Numbered from the stretch's first letter, positions 41,348-55,049 are shown. The stretch is 64,000 nucleotides of DNA from Octopus sinensis (GCF_006345805.1 NC_043001.1:42036001-42100000); one strand, 5' to 3'. Notes: generated from the sequence alone by a model not told the origin. A program made the numbers and translations.

Positions 41348-42746
41348 TCATGTCATTAAAAATGAAATGTCTGATTTTGAACTAAAAGTTTATTTTACTT
41401 TACCCCAACAAAAAGCAATGCAGTTAATCAAAATATACACCTAAAAAAGCAATGCAGCTAAATGCACCAAAATTATCAACACAATTTTGCCATTTTATCG
41501 GTTATTTTTTTTATGCCAGTAGTGAAGAATTCTGGAGAGCAAGAGGTGATGAAATCACAAAAGGCTGTTTTCATATCTTCTTCAGATTTGAAGTTTTTTC
41601 CTTGCAAAATGTTATCTAATGCCTGGTGGTGAATATGGTGGATAACAGAGTACTTCCAAGTTCAGTTGCTGTAACTTGAGTAGCGTTCTTTGTGCAACAT
41701 GTGGTTGAGCATTGTCTTGCAAGAGAATTGGCTTGTCTCTATTGACCAGTCTCGGTTGTTTAATTGCCAAGTTCACTCATCATTTCATCCAGTTGGTTGA
41801 TGTATACATCTGCTGTAATTGACTTATCAGGTCTCATGAAGCAATAGTGGCTGACACCAGTGCTGGACCACAAAACAGACACCATTAGCTTTTTTTGATG
41901 AATATTCTTTTTTGGATTGTGTTTTGGCACTTCGTCTATCCAACCACCATGCAGAATGCTTGCTATTGTTGAAAAGAATCCATTTTTAATCACACGTAAC
42001 AATATGATGTAAAAATGGTTCACTTTTATGCCATGACAGTAAAGAACAGCAAATTTCAAGATGACATGTCATTTGATGCTTGTTCAGTTCATGTGGTACC
42101 CACTTGTCCAGCTTCTTTACCTTGACGATTTGTTTCAAATTGTTCAATACAGTTGGAATCGAAAGATCAAACCTTGCTGCTAACTCACACATAGTTTGAG
42201 ATGTATCTGCTACCACTGCAAATTTCAAAACGACATGTCATCTGATGTTTGTTCAGTTCATGTGGTACCCACTTGTTCTGCTGGAATCAAAACATCAAAC
42301 CTTGCTGCTAACTCATGCATAAAGATGTATCCGCTTCCACTGCAGTTTCCAGCTCACCATTATCACCTCGGTCTCAGGTCTACCACGGGGCTGATTTTCA
42401 AGAATGAAGTCCCCAGACTGGAACTTCTCAAACCATCGATGTACAGTGTGTTCATTTGCCACATCTTCACCAAACACCACACTGATGTTTCAAGTTGTCC
42501 GGGATGCATTGGCTCCATGATGGAACTCATAATCATAAACACAAATTTTTTATCAATCCATGGGTTAAAAAAATTGATTTACAAGAGAAAACTCACAATA
42601 TAATTAGAAACCATGAGTTACATTTTGAAAAGTGATGTAACTCTTCAATATTGTAAAACAACGAATTATCAGAATCAAACATTAGAGTCAACACCTGTCA
42701 AAATTGGTGTGTAAGAAAATCAGACATTTCATTCTTAATGACCCGA
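41348..42746 (-). mobile_element. Second mariner copy of the same family, with internal duplications
   Basis: Same TIRs, TA on both sides, WVPHEL and CD*KW. ~42219-42335 partially duplicates ~42049-42215. Confidence 0.95.
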
Positions 42747-44172
42747 TATTTTAACTGCATAGTTTAAACTAAATAGTCATAAAGTAAACATATATAATCT
42801 TATGTACTCCCTCTTATATATTTAGTGAAAGAAATAGGAAGCAGATATGAATAAAAATAAATCACAATGTAATTAGCTATGTGTCCACAGTTAGCCCAAG
42901 AGATCCAGAAAAATTCCCCTTCAGACAATTTTTTTAGAAGCAAAATTGCCCTACAAGATGAAGACTTCGGATAAATTTTGCCTATACTTCTGCTGGTCAC
43001 AAGAACTTGCTAACCACATTTCAAAGAATATCAGCAATCTCAAAATTTGCGCGCCACTAAACAGCCAAGTGACTTGGCAAACTGGTTACTTCAAATTGGA
43101 AATGAAACTGCTTCAGTAAAAGAAAGCCATTTTCCAATGATAATGTGAAAATAAGTGACATTATGTGTTGAAGGATCAATAGTTGATCTATTCATAATGC
43201 AACATAGGAAGAGAAGCTATAAGGTGTAATTCTCCCACCCAAAAACAGATTATCTTGCAAACAACAGGTTTCAATAGTGACAATCAACTACAAGCTGAAC
43301 ACTCCTCTACTGTGAGCTTATTCACATCCTCTGCAATGCCACCACACATTCTAAGTCTGAAAATTGGAGCAGTTATGATGCAACAAGAACTTTAAAATGG
43401 AACCAGAATCAAGGTCCTTAACTATTGAAGCTAGGAAAAATAACTTGATTATGAGTGTTAATATCTATAATTAGACTGAAACCAAGCCACACAAATTTAC
43501 CATTTAAAATGGAAAGGATCCAATTTCCACTATGCTTATCATGTTCTATGACTATGAATGTAACACAAGGTCAGACTTTTAATAAAGTAAGGATACATAT
43601 ACCATAGCCAGTGTTCAGCCATGAAAAACTATATGTATCTTTTTCTAGTGCTTGAAAATTATTGGATATGAACAAAGTCACACAGATTAACAAGCAGGGG
43701 AAACAATGAAGAAAGAATTTCTATAGAAATTGTGTACAGTGAAACCTTGACAAAACATGAGAATTAAAAAATTTTATGAACTGGTATTCATGTATTCTTT
43801 GGCTATTTGACCAAATGCACATCTGCTAAGTCATATTGTTGTTATCAATGCTATATGATTTCACTGGGGTGGTTAGTCATATATTCTTAGGCTGTTCACA
43901 GGTTAGGAAGGTTGTGTGTATGTGGACAATGACCAAATTAAAATTTGAGTTACCAAATACTTTATTAATTTGCATCATATTAACACATTTACATTCACTA
44001 AATTAATGAATCAATGTTCACAGAACATAATGTTAGAAACCTTCTATATATAATTTGCTGGATAATGTAATGAAGATCAGTGCAAGGAAATGGATCATTA
44101 CATATAATTGTGTTACTGGATACCACAAGTAAAAGTAACTTTTGTCAGCTACAACATAAGCACGTTACTTAA

Positions 44173-45825
44173 CCCCTTGGAGACGGGAAGCAATACTGGC
44201 CACATTGACATACTGCATGTGGCTGGATGACAGTGGAGGCCATCACTGCATTAGTGTACAGCTGCATAGCAGCAGTGGCTGCAGCCTACATTTCTGTTAC
44301 AAATTTCTGATTACAGCGGATGGTGGCTACGGCTACAACCTACATTTTTGTTTGGAATTTCTGATAACAGTGGATGATACATATGGACACAACCTACTTC
44401 TCTGGTTGGAATTTTGGATAAGCTGGTTTTTTTGGTTATTGTTATGTGAAGATCACAGATGAAGTTATATGTATGTGATTGATGTGTAGTCACGTGTATC
44501 TCAGTTGTTAGTGTGAAAAAGTGAATATTACTTCTGTTCAGAAGCTTACAAAAGTGAATAATACTTCAGCTCAGTTTCACAAACCAAAGTGATCTGTAAA
44601 AGCATGAATGTTGCTATTCAACTTTTTATGAATTTTCTCACAATCAGTATTCCTCCAAAACGTGAAGTTCAGAAGCACAAGGAACCAGCATCAAGTGTTC
44701 CTGTCATGATGATAATGATGAGAAGTCAGATTATGATTTGAGCCCAGAGAGTGACTACCAAGAATCCAACAGTGAGAGTGATGATGAACCACTACAGCCA
44801 GCAGGAACAGAGATAGTAGTTCATCCTTGGATTCGGACGAACCACTGGCTGTGTATGCTGGGAGCTCTTACGATACCAGTGAAACTATATGCTGGATGAA
44901 GAAGGAAAATTTCCAGAAGCAATGGATTCATGGAGTAGCCCAGAATAAGTCCCCAATGTGGATGCATTGACCACACCACTCCATTTTCTGAGACTTTTCA
45001 TGATGCCAGGACTCCTATCAAACACATTTGCACTGCGACAAATCAATACACCACGTCCAATCATTACCCTACTCAGCAAAGTCACTCCAGAAAATGAGTA
45101 GATATCACGCCCGATGAATTGGACTTATTTCTGCCTTTAGTGATACTGATGAGCCTGTATCTCAAACTGGATATGACCAGGAACCCAGTTTTGTAGACAT
45201 TTTTTCATCACATAATGCCTTGTGATCGGTTCAAGCAGATTTTACACAATCTGCACTACAACAAAACTATTTTGAAGATGACAACTGACTGTTCAAACTG
45301 TGGCCAGTCACTGATATTCTGACTGAACAGTTCAAAACTGTGTATATTCCAGACCAGGATGTTGCTACTGATGAATCTCTTTGGAAATTCAAAGGTAGTC
45401 TTTGTTTGGTCAATGCCTTCCTTACATTGAAGTTTATGGAAGTCAATTTCTTGATTTTCAACTAACACTGATCAAAGAGGTGTGTAACAATCACCATCCT
45501 GAAGGGTATATACCACAAGGCCGGTCATCTGCTCTACCCAGTCCAGCAAGGTTGACAAGGAGACATTTTTCCCATTATTTCCCCTATTAGAGAGGAGACC
45601 ATGACTAATCAGATGTGTTCTTTGTACGCAGTGCAATGTATGAAAAGAAACAAACTGTGAGTAGTGCAATGTCTCACTCTCTGTAGCACTGTAATTTCAA
45701 ACATACCACATTGAAAAGAATCTGTAAAAACACAAAAATTCTTGTATGAAAAATTATGTAGTTACTGAATGGCCTAGTACTGATACACAGCACAGACTGT
45801 CAGTGCTAAATCTATCTGGAAGGGG
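44173..45825 (+). mobile_element. Internally deleted piggyBac transposon (PGBD4-like transposase remnant)
   Basis: TTAA|CCCCTT ... AAGGGG|TTAA termini. Acidic N-terminal SESDDEP; MPCDRFKQIL; LFKLWPVTDILTEQFKTVYIPDQDVATDESLWKFKG; C-terminal RLTRRHF plus a Cys-rich domain. Confidence 0.9.
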
Positions 45826-46320
45826 TTAAAAGTGAAAGAATAAAAGAGAGACCAAGTGATTAAGTAGGGCTCTGGTTAGGCGGGATTCACCAGTCCTTTA
45901 ATTGTTGTTAAATCCTCTTAGAATCTTCAAACAAACTGTTTGATGGGAAAACTCAGTTTTTTTCAAGATTACCTCCTCAACCCTAACAAGTCAGCCATGT
46001 TTGCATGAATATTAATACTTTTTAAGGCAACAATTTTTACTTAATTGAAACATAATACTTGGTGGTTTTAGACTGGTTCAAATCTCAGCTGGGGTCTCAC
46101 AACATGTTATCTAAGCTCTAATTTTCAACCAGCTCAATCTGTTGTCTAGTCCATAAACAAAAACTTAATATAATGAAAAATGTTATGATTTGCACTAAAT
46201 TTTGATTGTCACATCCAAATTTCTTTTCCTAACACCAGAAAATTATCAGCCATTAAAATTTTGTTACAAACTTTAGATGTACATAAAACAATACCTGCTT
46301 TATGTACATCTTTAGTAATT

Positions 46321-46902
46321 TTTTTACCTCTGCCAAGGAAGGAGGTTATGTTTCCATTGGCGTTGGTTTGTCTGTCTGTCTGTGTGCAAAATATCTCAAA
46401 ACGTTGTGAACAGTATTTGATGAAACTTGCAGGAAAAGTTGGTAATGATCCGGGAATTTTTATGGATTCTTGAAGGATTTTTCATTTGTTATGTTTACTT
46501 TACATGAAGTATTACAATGTTACATTCTTTGATTATCTCCCTCAACGTAACCTATGGTGGCGTTGCTGTTTCCAAAGTATATTTTCGTTTCTCTATTAGT
46601 AATTTTACTCACGTTGTGTGTGTGTACCACTCAAGTTTTAGGTAATTGTTGTTTCTTTAAGTAGTATGGTGAAACTAGCTTGCTGTTGTCAGTGATGTAT
46701 TATAACTGCTTCAGATGATTCCTGTTTTTAAAGGGTTTTTTTTTAAAATCATATGGCTGTGTTATTTTTTTTAACCCTGCCAAGGAGGTTATGTTTTTGC
46801 AAGCATTGGTTTGGGAAATTGGGCAATTTTCAGCATGCGAGTATATGGGTGGAAATGAGCTGCTGGGTGGAGGTCTGTGCTCTCCGAGTGCTTATCTAGT
46901 TT
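46321..46902 (+). mobile_element. Non-autonomous Helentron/HINE (DINE-1-like) element
   Basis: Subterminal inverted repeats acctctgcc / gggtggaggt, a (tctg)n microsatellite near the 5' end, a 3' hairpin gtgctc-tcc-gagtgc followed by ctagtt, and T-rich flanks. Confidence 0.8.
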
Positions 46903-46984
46903 ATTATAGTAATTCTCAATTTATACATTAATAATGAAGCTTTATGGCTATGCGCCCAGGCAACTGATTTAAGAGATAGGATTC

Positions 46985-47115
46985 TGGGATAATATTAGAA
47001 CTTATTTTACCAACCCTTGAGGAATGAAATACAAAGTTGATACAAACAGTGATATCTGAACTCCATCTAACAAAGATTAAGGTAAATATTGTAATGCGTT
47101 TAGTATCACTATTTC
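46985..47115 (-). mobile_element. Degenerate copy of family C SINE
   Basis: acttattttaccaacccttgaggaatgaaatacaaagttga is the reverse complement of the 52675-52715 core. Confidence 0.55.
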
Positions 47116-50100
47116 TGTAAATTCACTGTTCATGTGAGATTATGTGAAAATTTACCTGAAAATCAGCATATTTGAAGTACAGAATGTAAGTATGAATTCA
47201 GAGTAAGAAATACAAAACATTCCCACAATTCTTTCAGACAGCAAAATTCATTTCATTCTCTCATAAATCATTGATACTGGTATCCCAACATATATTACTA
47301 ATTCAAGAGGACCTTTTAGGTCTTTCTCGGGTTGGGAGTGTGACTTGGCAACAATGTCAAGGAAGAAACTAAATTTGGTTTCATGAAAGCCAATAAATTT
47401 TATATCCATTTATTTTCATAAGAAAATATTATCAAGTGTAATACTTGTATCATACACATTTGCACATGCATGTTTATTGTATATCGGCACATGATCTTAG
47501 TGGTGAAGCATGTGCAAGTTAGTGTATATGCAATCATGTGCGCATGTGTGTGTGTGTATTTTGTATCTATATATTGAAATGAGAAAAATGTTTGCAGAGA
47601 CATTAACCAGGTGGGTTATATACAGACTAAACCATTCAAACTTGATATAAAAATATGCATATATGTGTGTGCATAAATGAAACCGTGTTTGCATATAAAC
47701 ATACACCAAAGCTTTAAGTTATATATCTAATACCTGCTCCAGGCATTAAATCATGACCTTCCTTTTCACAAAACATTATTTGACTTGACTATTTATTTAA
47801 CTGAAGACTAAGTAGCATTCTAAATTCACTGTTGAATTGAATATTTAGCCATAAAACAGCTGCTCTGGCAATTCAAATAAAAAGTCTGATTTTCAGAATT
47901 AGGCTGTTTTCATTGAAAAGCTGGTGCAAAACAAGAACAAAAACCATCAGAACAACTGCTATAAATAAAAGTAATATTTCTACAGAAAGGGGGATGCTGA
48001 AAACATGCTTTTCCTCACACTCAAGAGAACATGCATGCATGCACATGTACACACCATTAATGATTAGAGAATGTGATTTTCAGAGTTTCACATTTTTGCA
48101 TGTGCAAAGCATATTTTTTGCTTTTAACTATAGTGAGTAGTTCCAATGAAATTGCAAAGAAATTTCTGTTAGCTGCTAAAAAGAGCAGTTTAAGAAAATT
48201 TGCAACAAGTAAATAAAATTGCATGAATATTGATATATTGAGGTTATTTATTAGTGTTCTATGTAAGCTTGAGATAGAAGCACATGAAAAAAATTTAATG
48301 TAACTGTAGATGAAACAGATGAGTTACATAAGTGCTTTTCTAGATCTTGGTGGTTTTAAAGAACTTGAAGAACAAAGATGGTAAAAACCTATAATATGTT
48401 CATCTGAGGACCAAACAGAACTTGGACATCTCCAACAAGAAAGAATCTAAAAGGATTTATTGGTAGTGTCTAGAAGTAACAGAATGGATAAGCAGGTTTA
48501 CCTGGAGGCAATGTTATAAAATTGAAGACTTGAAGCTCATGAAATATCTACAACAAATCTATAAAAATCAAATCACCAACTTAGCGCATACTTGCCAGAA
48601 ACATTGAAAGCTATGTAAATGTCAGGACCAACCTAACTACAGAAAAAAAGAAAACTGGTTAAAAAGACAAAGTTGTCCCTGTCATCTACGACACAGACTT
48701 TTACACTTTAAGGCAAAACAATATAATTTAACTTGGAAAAGAATATGGAAACTGAAAAGTCATTTTCCATGAACAAGAACCATTTCCTGTTAAGGTTAAA
48801 AGAAACAAATAGTCAACTTAAAATATAGAAGATAGTGAGACATTCTTCAAAAACAACTTACTCCAAGCCACTAACAAGTTAAAAAAAAACGAACAAAGAG
48901 CACTTAATTCATGAAGAAGAATGTTTCATAAACCGATAAAACTTTTGAAAAGATGAAACAGCTAACAGGAAATTAGTACCTTAAGGTAAAGTAAAAAGTT
49001 AAATGTCAAGATTACATTTTGCTGAATGAGAATGAAAGTGGAGAAGATAAATCAGGATTTCACGATCTGAAATTATAAACTACTATCACAACAGTCACAA
49101 AACTAGTAACATTTTGCATAAAAACAATATCCATAATTATAGCAATTGTATGTACTAAAAACTATGCCTGTATAGTTCACAGTGTTTCTGTCTAAGTTTT
49201 TACTATTCTGTTTTGAATATAGTGAGCATTTTTAATTTAAAATCCAATGTCCATCCATTTGTGATACAAACTGTTATTTTGCTGTGCTAATTAAACAATT
49301 TATCTTCACAATACATTTGTTTTAATGTTCATTTTTCTATGCTAGCATGGGTTACATGCAATCTGCTTTTTTTTTTTTTTTTTTTTTTTACAGGCTGGAA
49401 AGGATTGGACAAATTTCCACTAAAACAATTTTCAACATATTAAGGAACTGTTCTTATGCCTGTCCCAGTCACAACTACCCAAATTTTCCATAGTGCATCT
49501 CTACTACTAAACATATTACCTTTCAACCAAAGTGTAACCCATCTATTTGCTTCACATGCCCAAACTACAGCTGATTTATCTACATACACCTCCAGATACT
49601 GTTGATGCATAGGCATCTTCTCATTTCTCCTAGGTAAGAAGTACAAGCATCATTTCAGAAGTTAGTGTTACATATCCATCAGATCATTCTTTTCTAATCA
49701 CTTTGGGTCTTCTGCATGCACAGCCAAAGTCTCATTCCTATACAGTGTTACATGTCTCATAATTACTGTATTTGCTTAAAGAAAGAAGTAATCTGTTTCC
49801 AGTGGTAGAAGTACATAAATTTTTTTCCATCTTTCTGTAACATATGTAATATAGGTAGCACAACATACTCAAATAACCATGGTGAAAACTTTAAACAATG
49901 GTTTTTAGGAAAACAAAATTTAATTTCCATCTTAAGACTATAAAATCATATTTAAACAAGATTAAAAATAACTCAGCTACTTTAAATGTTTATCTTAAAT
50001 TTTTTTTTTTTCTTAAACATTTTAAAACTCCCTTCAGTAAGATGGTATGTGCATCCATAAAACAAACTATAAATATTATCCAATAAATTCACTACAGTAA

Positions 50101-50884
50101 AAGTGTTCTTGTAATAAAGCCCAGCCCTGCACTACCATAAAAGACTTGAATTTATCCATAACTATCAATATTTTTATTTATAGTAATTGTTCTGATGAGA
50201 TATAAATGAAATATTCTTGTTCTTATTTTCAAAAGGACACACCTCAAGTAATTACTTTATATGAATATTTTTCAAAAAATTCATGCAATAATAATACCTT
50301 GAGAATTTATCTTTTAAGCATACCAAAAAGATGTTGAATTATGAATTACATTTATGTATCATTAATTTGCTCCTCCACATCCAAAATAATAAAACAAAGT
50401 CTTGGATGTTTAATTAAAAGAGATCTGGTATGACAAGTGAAAGCTATTTTCATATTAAGCTGGCTATGACAAATACCCAGTTTTTATTTGCAAGGCCACA
50501 GATTAAAAGGGGATTAAGATTTGCTTATTAGATTCCTTTTTTTTAAACTACCGGGTTTTTTTAATACTATTTATTGAAATGATCTGTACTATTCACTTTC
50601 ACGCTTACTTTGGATATCTGCAGAAAGTGCTTGATCTTACATAACTAGCAATATTATTTGGAATATTTTGAAATATACTTTTTGTGTGCATGTGCATGTG
50701 AGTTAAATATTGGTAAAACTTTGTACTGGGAGAGCCAGACAAAAAAGCAGCACTGGACCCTCTACGAAATTGGACAAGGGACTAACAACTTCATCCTCCA
50801 CTCCTAAATACTCAGGTAATAATTCAGTATGTATAATACCACAAAGTATGTTGGGGGGGGGGGGACTCACAGATATACATACAA

Positions 50885-51200
50885 GTGCTGGTGGCACATG
50901 AAAAATAACATTGGAGCATGGCTGTTGCCAGTGCCACCGGACTGGCTCCCATACATATAGCACATAAAAACACCTTTTGTGTGTGGTCATTGCTAGAACT
51001 GCCTGACTGGCCCTTGTGCCAGTGGCATGTAAAAAGCACCCACTACAGTCTCAGAGTGGTTGGAGTTGGAAAGGGCATCCAGCTGTAGAAACTTTGCCAG
51101 ATCAGATTGGGCCTGGTGCAGCCTCTGGCTCACTAGTCCTCGGTCAAACTGTCCAACCCATGTGAGCATGGAAAGCGGATGTTAAACGATGATGATGATG
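50885..51200 (+). mobile_element. Family B SINE with tandem units
   Basis: Same layout as 21700-22059; tail gttaaacgatgatgatgatg. Confidence 0.9.
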
Positions 51201-51204
51201 TGTA

Positions 51205-52040
51205 TACATGTGTGGCTGTGTAGTAAGAAGCTTGCTTCTCAACCATGTGGTTCCAAGTTCAGTCTCACTGTGTGGCACCTTGAGCAAGTGTCTTCTACCA
51301 TAGCCTTGGGCTGACCAAAGCCTTGTGAATGGATTTGGTTGACAGAAACTGAAAGAAGCCCATTGTGTATATACATCTATATATATCTATGTGTGTGGGT
51401 GTTTTTGTGTTTGTCCCCACCCATCACTCGACAACAGGAGTCAGTTTGTTTACATCCCTGTAACTTAGTGGTTCAGCAAAGAGACCGATAGAATAAGTAC
51501 CAGGCTTAAAAATAGAGTACTAGGATTGATTCGCTGTTCTATCTTATTGTCTTCACAAACTGCATTTATATTTTCCGAAGAAACATAAACCTAAGAAATG
51601 ATGTTCTTCCTCTTCAACTCCCCTAACCATTGAAAAATTCTTGCAAACAGTTGCATAGTGTCCTATTTTTGAACACCGTCTGCATTTTGTTGCTGAGGCG
51701 GGGCAGTCATTTCTATTGTGAAATATGAACATTCCACATTGCATGAACTTTCTCTCAGGCATCTTCTTTTTATATGTTGATGCTCTTTTTTATTATTTGG
51801 TCCTGTGACACAGTTTAATTGTGGATCCTGTTGCATTGACAGTTGAGGAAATAGCTTTTGTTTGTTATTTTGATATCTCATGTGCTCTACATATCTGTAA
51901 GCATTTGTCATGGGTTAGCTTTTTGTCTGCTAAAAGTTTTTCTCTCAAAAGATCGTCTTTAACACCAACAACACCTTGATCCCTAATAAGTCTGTCCTCA
52001 GGGCAGTGCCCAAGCATGGCTGTAGTCTAATGACTGAAAC
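51205..52040 (+). mobile_element. Family A SINE split by a Gypsy gag fragment
   Basis: SINE runs to ggattgattcg (51533) and resumes at tcagggcagtgcccaagcatggc..gactgaaacaagtaaa (~51998). Confidence 0.9.
51534..51999 (-). mobile_element. Ty3/Gypsy (Mag-like) gag fragment with double zinc knuckle
   Basis: EDRLIRDQGVVGVKDDLLREKLLADKKLT..DKCLQICRAHE, then QCGMFIFHNRNDCPASATKCRRCSKIGHYATVC (ORF 51553-51762). Confidence 0.85.
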
Positions 52041-52119
52041 AAGTAAAGACTAAAAGATAAATATATATATATAACATGTAACTAAAACATTAGCAGCCTT
52101 TCCTTTTACTGTCTATTAC

Positions 52120-52270
52120 ACCATCATCACTGCCATTTTACATCTGTTTTCCATGCTGGCTTGGGCTGGATAGTTTGACATGTGCTGATCCAGACAACTG
52201 TACTAAGTCTCAATGTCTGCTTTGGCATAGTTTCTACAACTACATAAGCTTAATACCAACCACTTTATTG
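52120..52270 (-). mobile_element. Family B SINE fragment
   Basis: catcatcac..gttttccatgctggcttgggctgga..tttggcatagtttctacaact. Confidence 0.7.
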
Positions 52271-52579
52271 TTCTAGATACATGTCTAAAGAAAGAAAAAG
52301 TTGGTCATGAAGAGAAAATATTTATTATAGATTTGCTCAAAACAGGCTAATGTGGGAACCACAAAAAAAAGGAAAATTACCCACAACTCCATAGCATGCA
52401 TAGAAAACAGTAAAGAAAGTGAACTGAAACACAAACTGGTACTCCATTTGGCTAACAATGAAACGATACTGATGTTACAAGTAATATATTAGTTCTACCT
52501 TGGATTATCCCTGGCATGCCTGGATCCCTAATAAGAATGAAGAAAAAAACTTATTGATAATATTATATGTTGCATCAAG

Positions 52580-52795
52580 GTGATAAGCTGGCAGAATTGG
52601 TGGCATGTTTGGCAAAATGCTTAGCAGCAGTCCATCCATTTTTAGGTTCTGAAGTTCAAATCCTACTGAGGTAAACTGTGCTTTTCATCCTTTCAGGGTT
52701 GATAAAATAAGTACCAGTTGAGCACTGAGGTTCAAGTACTCAACTTAATTCCTCCCTTGAATTTGTTGGCCTGGATTAAAAATTCGAAAATATTA
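52580..52795 (+). mobile_element. tRNA-derived SINE (family 'C', Nin/Deu-like central core) with 17-bp TSD
   Basis: agctggcagaattgg..gaagttcaaatcc..cttttcatcctttcagggttgataaaataagtaccag. Flanked by ttaYatgttgcatcaag at 52563-52579 and 52796-52812. Confidence 0.85.
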
Positions 52796-53299
52796 TTACA
52801 TGTTGCATCAAGCCAGAAAAACTACCAGCAGGCCATCAAGACATGCAAGAAGTGGATTCTTGCTGTAACAGTCCCTCACAGTTCCTGCCATCCTACTATG
52901 TACAATCACCTCAACACACTTCTCTAACACCATTTTAACACCATCCTTTTCACTCAGTTATGTCACAAAAAGCACACACAAAAATATCAGCCTTATCAAT
53001 TTCATTATGCCCAAGAAGTACCAGGATGCACACTACCAGAGACAAATGTTGAAGAACAGTTGTTGTGGAGATCATCAGAACCTACTAGCATACAAAAACA
53101 AACAACCAAACTGTAACTGAAAAAAATAAAAATAAATAAATAAAAAAAATAAAAAAGGCCCTGCACAGCAGAGATATAAATCTGTCGATCACACCTACAC
53201 ATTGAATTGATTACTTATGAGCTATAGGTCTGCTTAGTACTAAGTAAGAGTTGTACTGGGACAATAAAATGCACTCAGTCCATACTGTAACTTGAAAAA

Positions 53300-53800
53300 C
53301 AAGACCCTTCAAACGAAAGGAGATGGGTATTGAGGGAGGTGGCTCTGTACCAAGTGATGAGTAGTTAGAGCATGGGTAGAGGGACAGAAATAAGTGTCTT
53401 GCAGTAGAGAGATATAGTAGAAATACAGAGAGATGGTGTAGATTTGATGGGGGGGGGGTGTTAAAGTTACAGGGACGTGTATATAAGTGGAACCAAGGAC
53501 TGCACTGAATGAGATGGTAAGTTCACAAGATTGTGAGAGTGGGCAATGAAGGCGGAGAGGAGGGAATGTAGTGAGTAGATCCAAGAAGAGGGAGAGTGTG
53601 TTAGGAATATATGTTGTGGACAAGAGAATTAACAGGGATATTATGTGGAAGTAGGTTCGAGAGGATGCTAAGGGAGAGAAATACAGCAAATAGTGAACCT
53701 TGGTGAAAGGAGGGGGAACTGTTAGGAAGTTGGGTTGTGGGGACAGGTTTGTGAGCGATAGATTGCATGCAGGGGCATGGACATAAATGACATGCTTCTA
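53300..53800 (-). mobile_element. RTE-associated pyrimidine-rich 3' region, inverted copy
   Basis: Reverse complement aligns by eye with 38395-38725 (atgtc..tttaYgtccatgcccc..ccccacaaccc..catatattcctaa). Confidence 0.65.
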
Positions 53801-55049
53801 TGGCTCAATATTACTTAGATGTGACCTTTGAAAACTGATAAAAAATGTGCAGGTCTACCCAATTGTATAAGAAACTAGTGCAAGAAACATAAAAGATTCA
53901 TATCAGCAACATTCACAATATCTTACACTCTGAAGACTATGATGGGATGATTACATACAAAAAAATTTTCAAGAATTTTAATTGCTTTCAGAAAGAATTA
54001 ATTTAAACATTAGAATATAAGAAGCTATAAAAAGAATTTTACCAAAGAAACAACAGATGAAATCTAAAGAATAAATATATTAAGAGAACTAGAAGGAAAC
54101 AAATATTCATAAGAAATGCCAAGATTTGTATATTCATCAGATCTTTTTAACTCAACAATTTACTATATTTCAAGTTTCACACTGCTTGATGGAATAAATA
54201 GTTCAACACCAGGAGTAAATTATGTATACTAAGTTTCAAAAAATAACTAAATGAAATAGCAGAATGAATCATAAAGTGATTTCTTTTAATGTTGTCAACA
54301 AGAGAATACTTCATGAACTGACAAACTGAAATGCTAAATACATCAGAGATCAGTTCAAGAAAATCATCTAAATGAATGCAAATGATAAAGTAACCTAACA
54401 TGATTGTGAAACAAAATGAATCCCAAATAAAGAACATTGTTATAGTTTATTGATAATCCAAGCTAAATAATACCAGCACACTATTTGTATAGGTAATGCA
54501 AATAATGTTATGAACAAAATGTTCTTAATAGAGGATCAGTTAGTGAACGGCAAGTAAAAATCTGACGATTATAATTCAGCAACAGAACACTATGCTTAAA
54601 ATGTCAATGATCACAACTTCTAAAAGTGTAGAGAATTTTCAGTTAGTGACACTGAGAAACAATTTAGAGAACATTCTTTTCCAAAATGCAAACTAAAATT
54701 TCAAAGACTGCACAACATGTACAATTACAATGGAAATACAAAAAACAAATGAGAGAAGGGGAGAGAGACAGAGCAGAAAGAAATACTAAAGATTTTAGGT
54801 TCACTGACCCATCCCAGTGAAGGCAAGTGAAAAAGAAACAGCACCCACTTTGTGTTTGTAATATTTTGGATTCAGCCTTTACTTGCAGTTAAGTCATGTC
54901 TTTTGAGAATACTAGTTTCAGCTTAACTTGCATTTTAAAGCACATGTAGCTTAAATAATCATAATCATTGCCAATAGAGTCTAGCCAAATCCCAAGATAT
55001 CATAGATGTAAGAAACTCTCAAGAGAGCTGAACAGCAGGAAGGTCTTCA

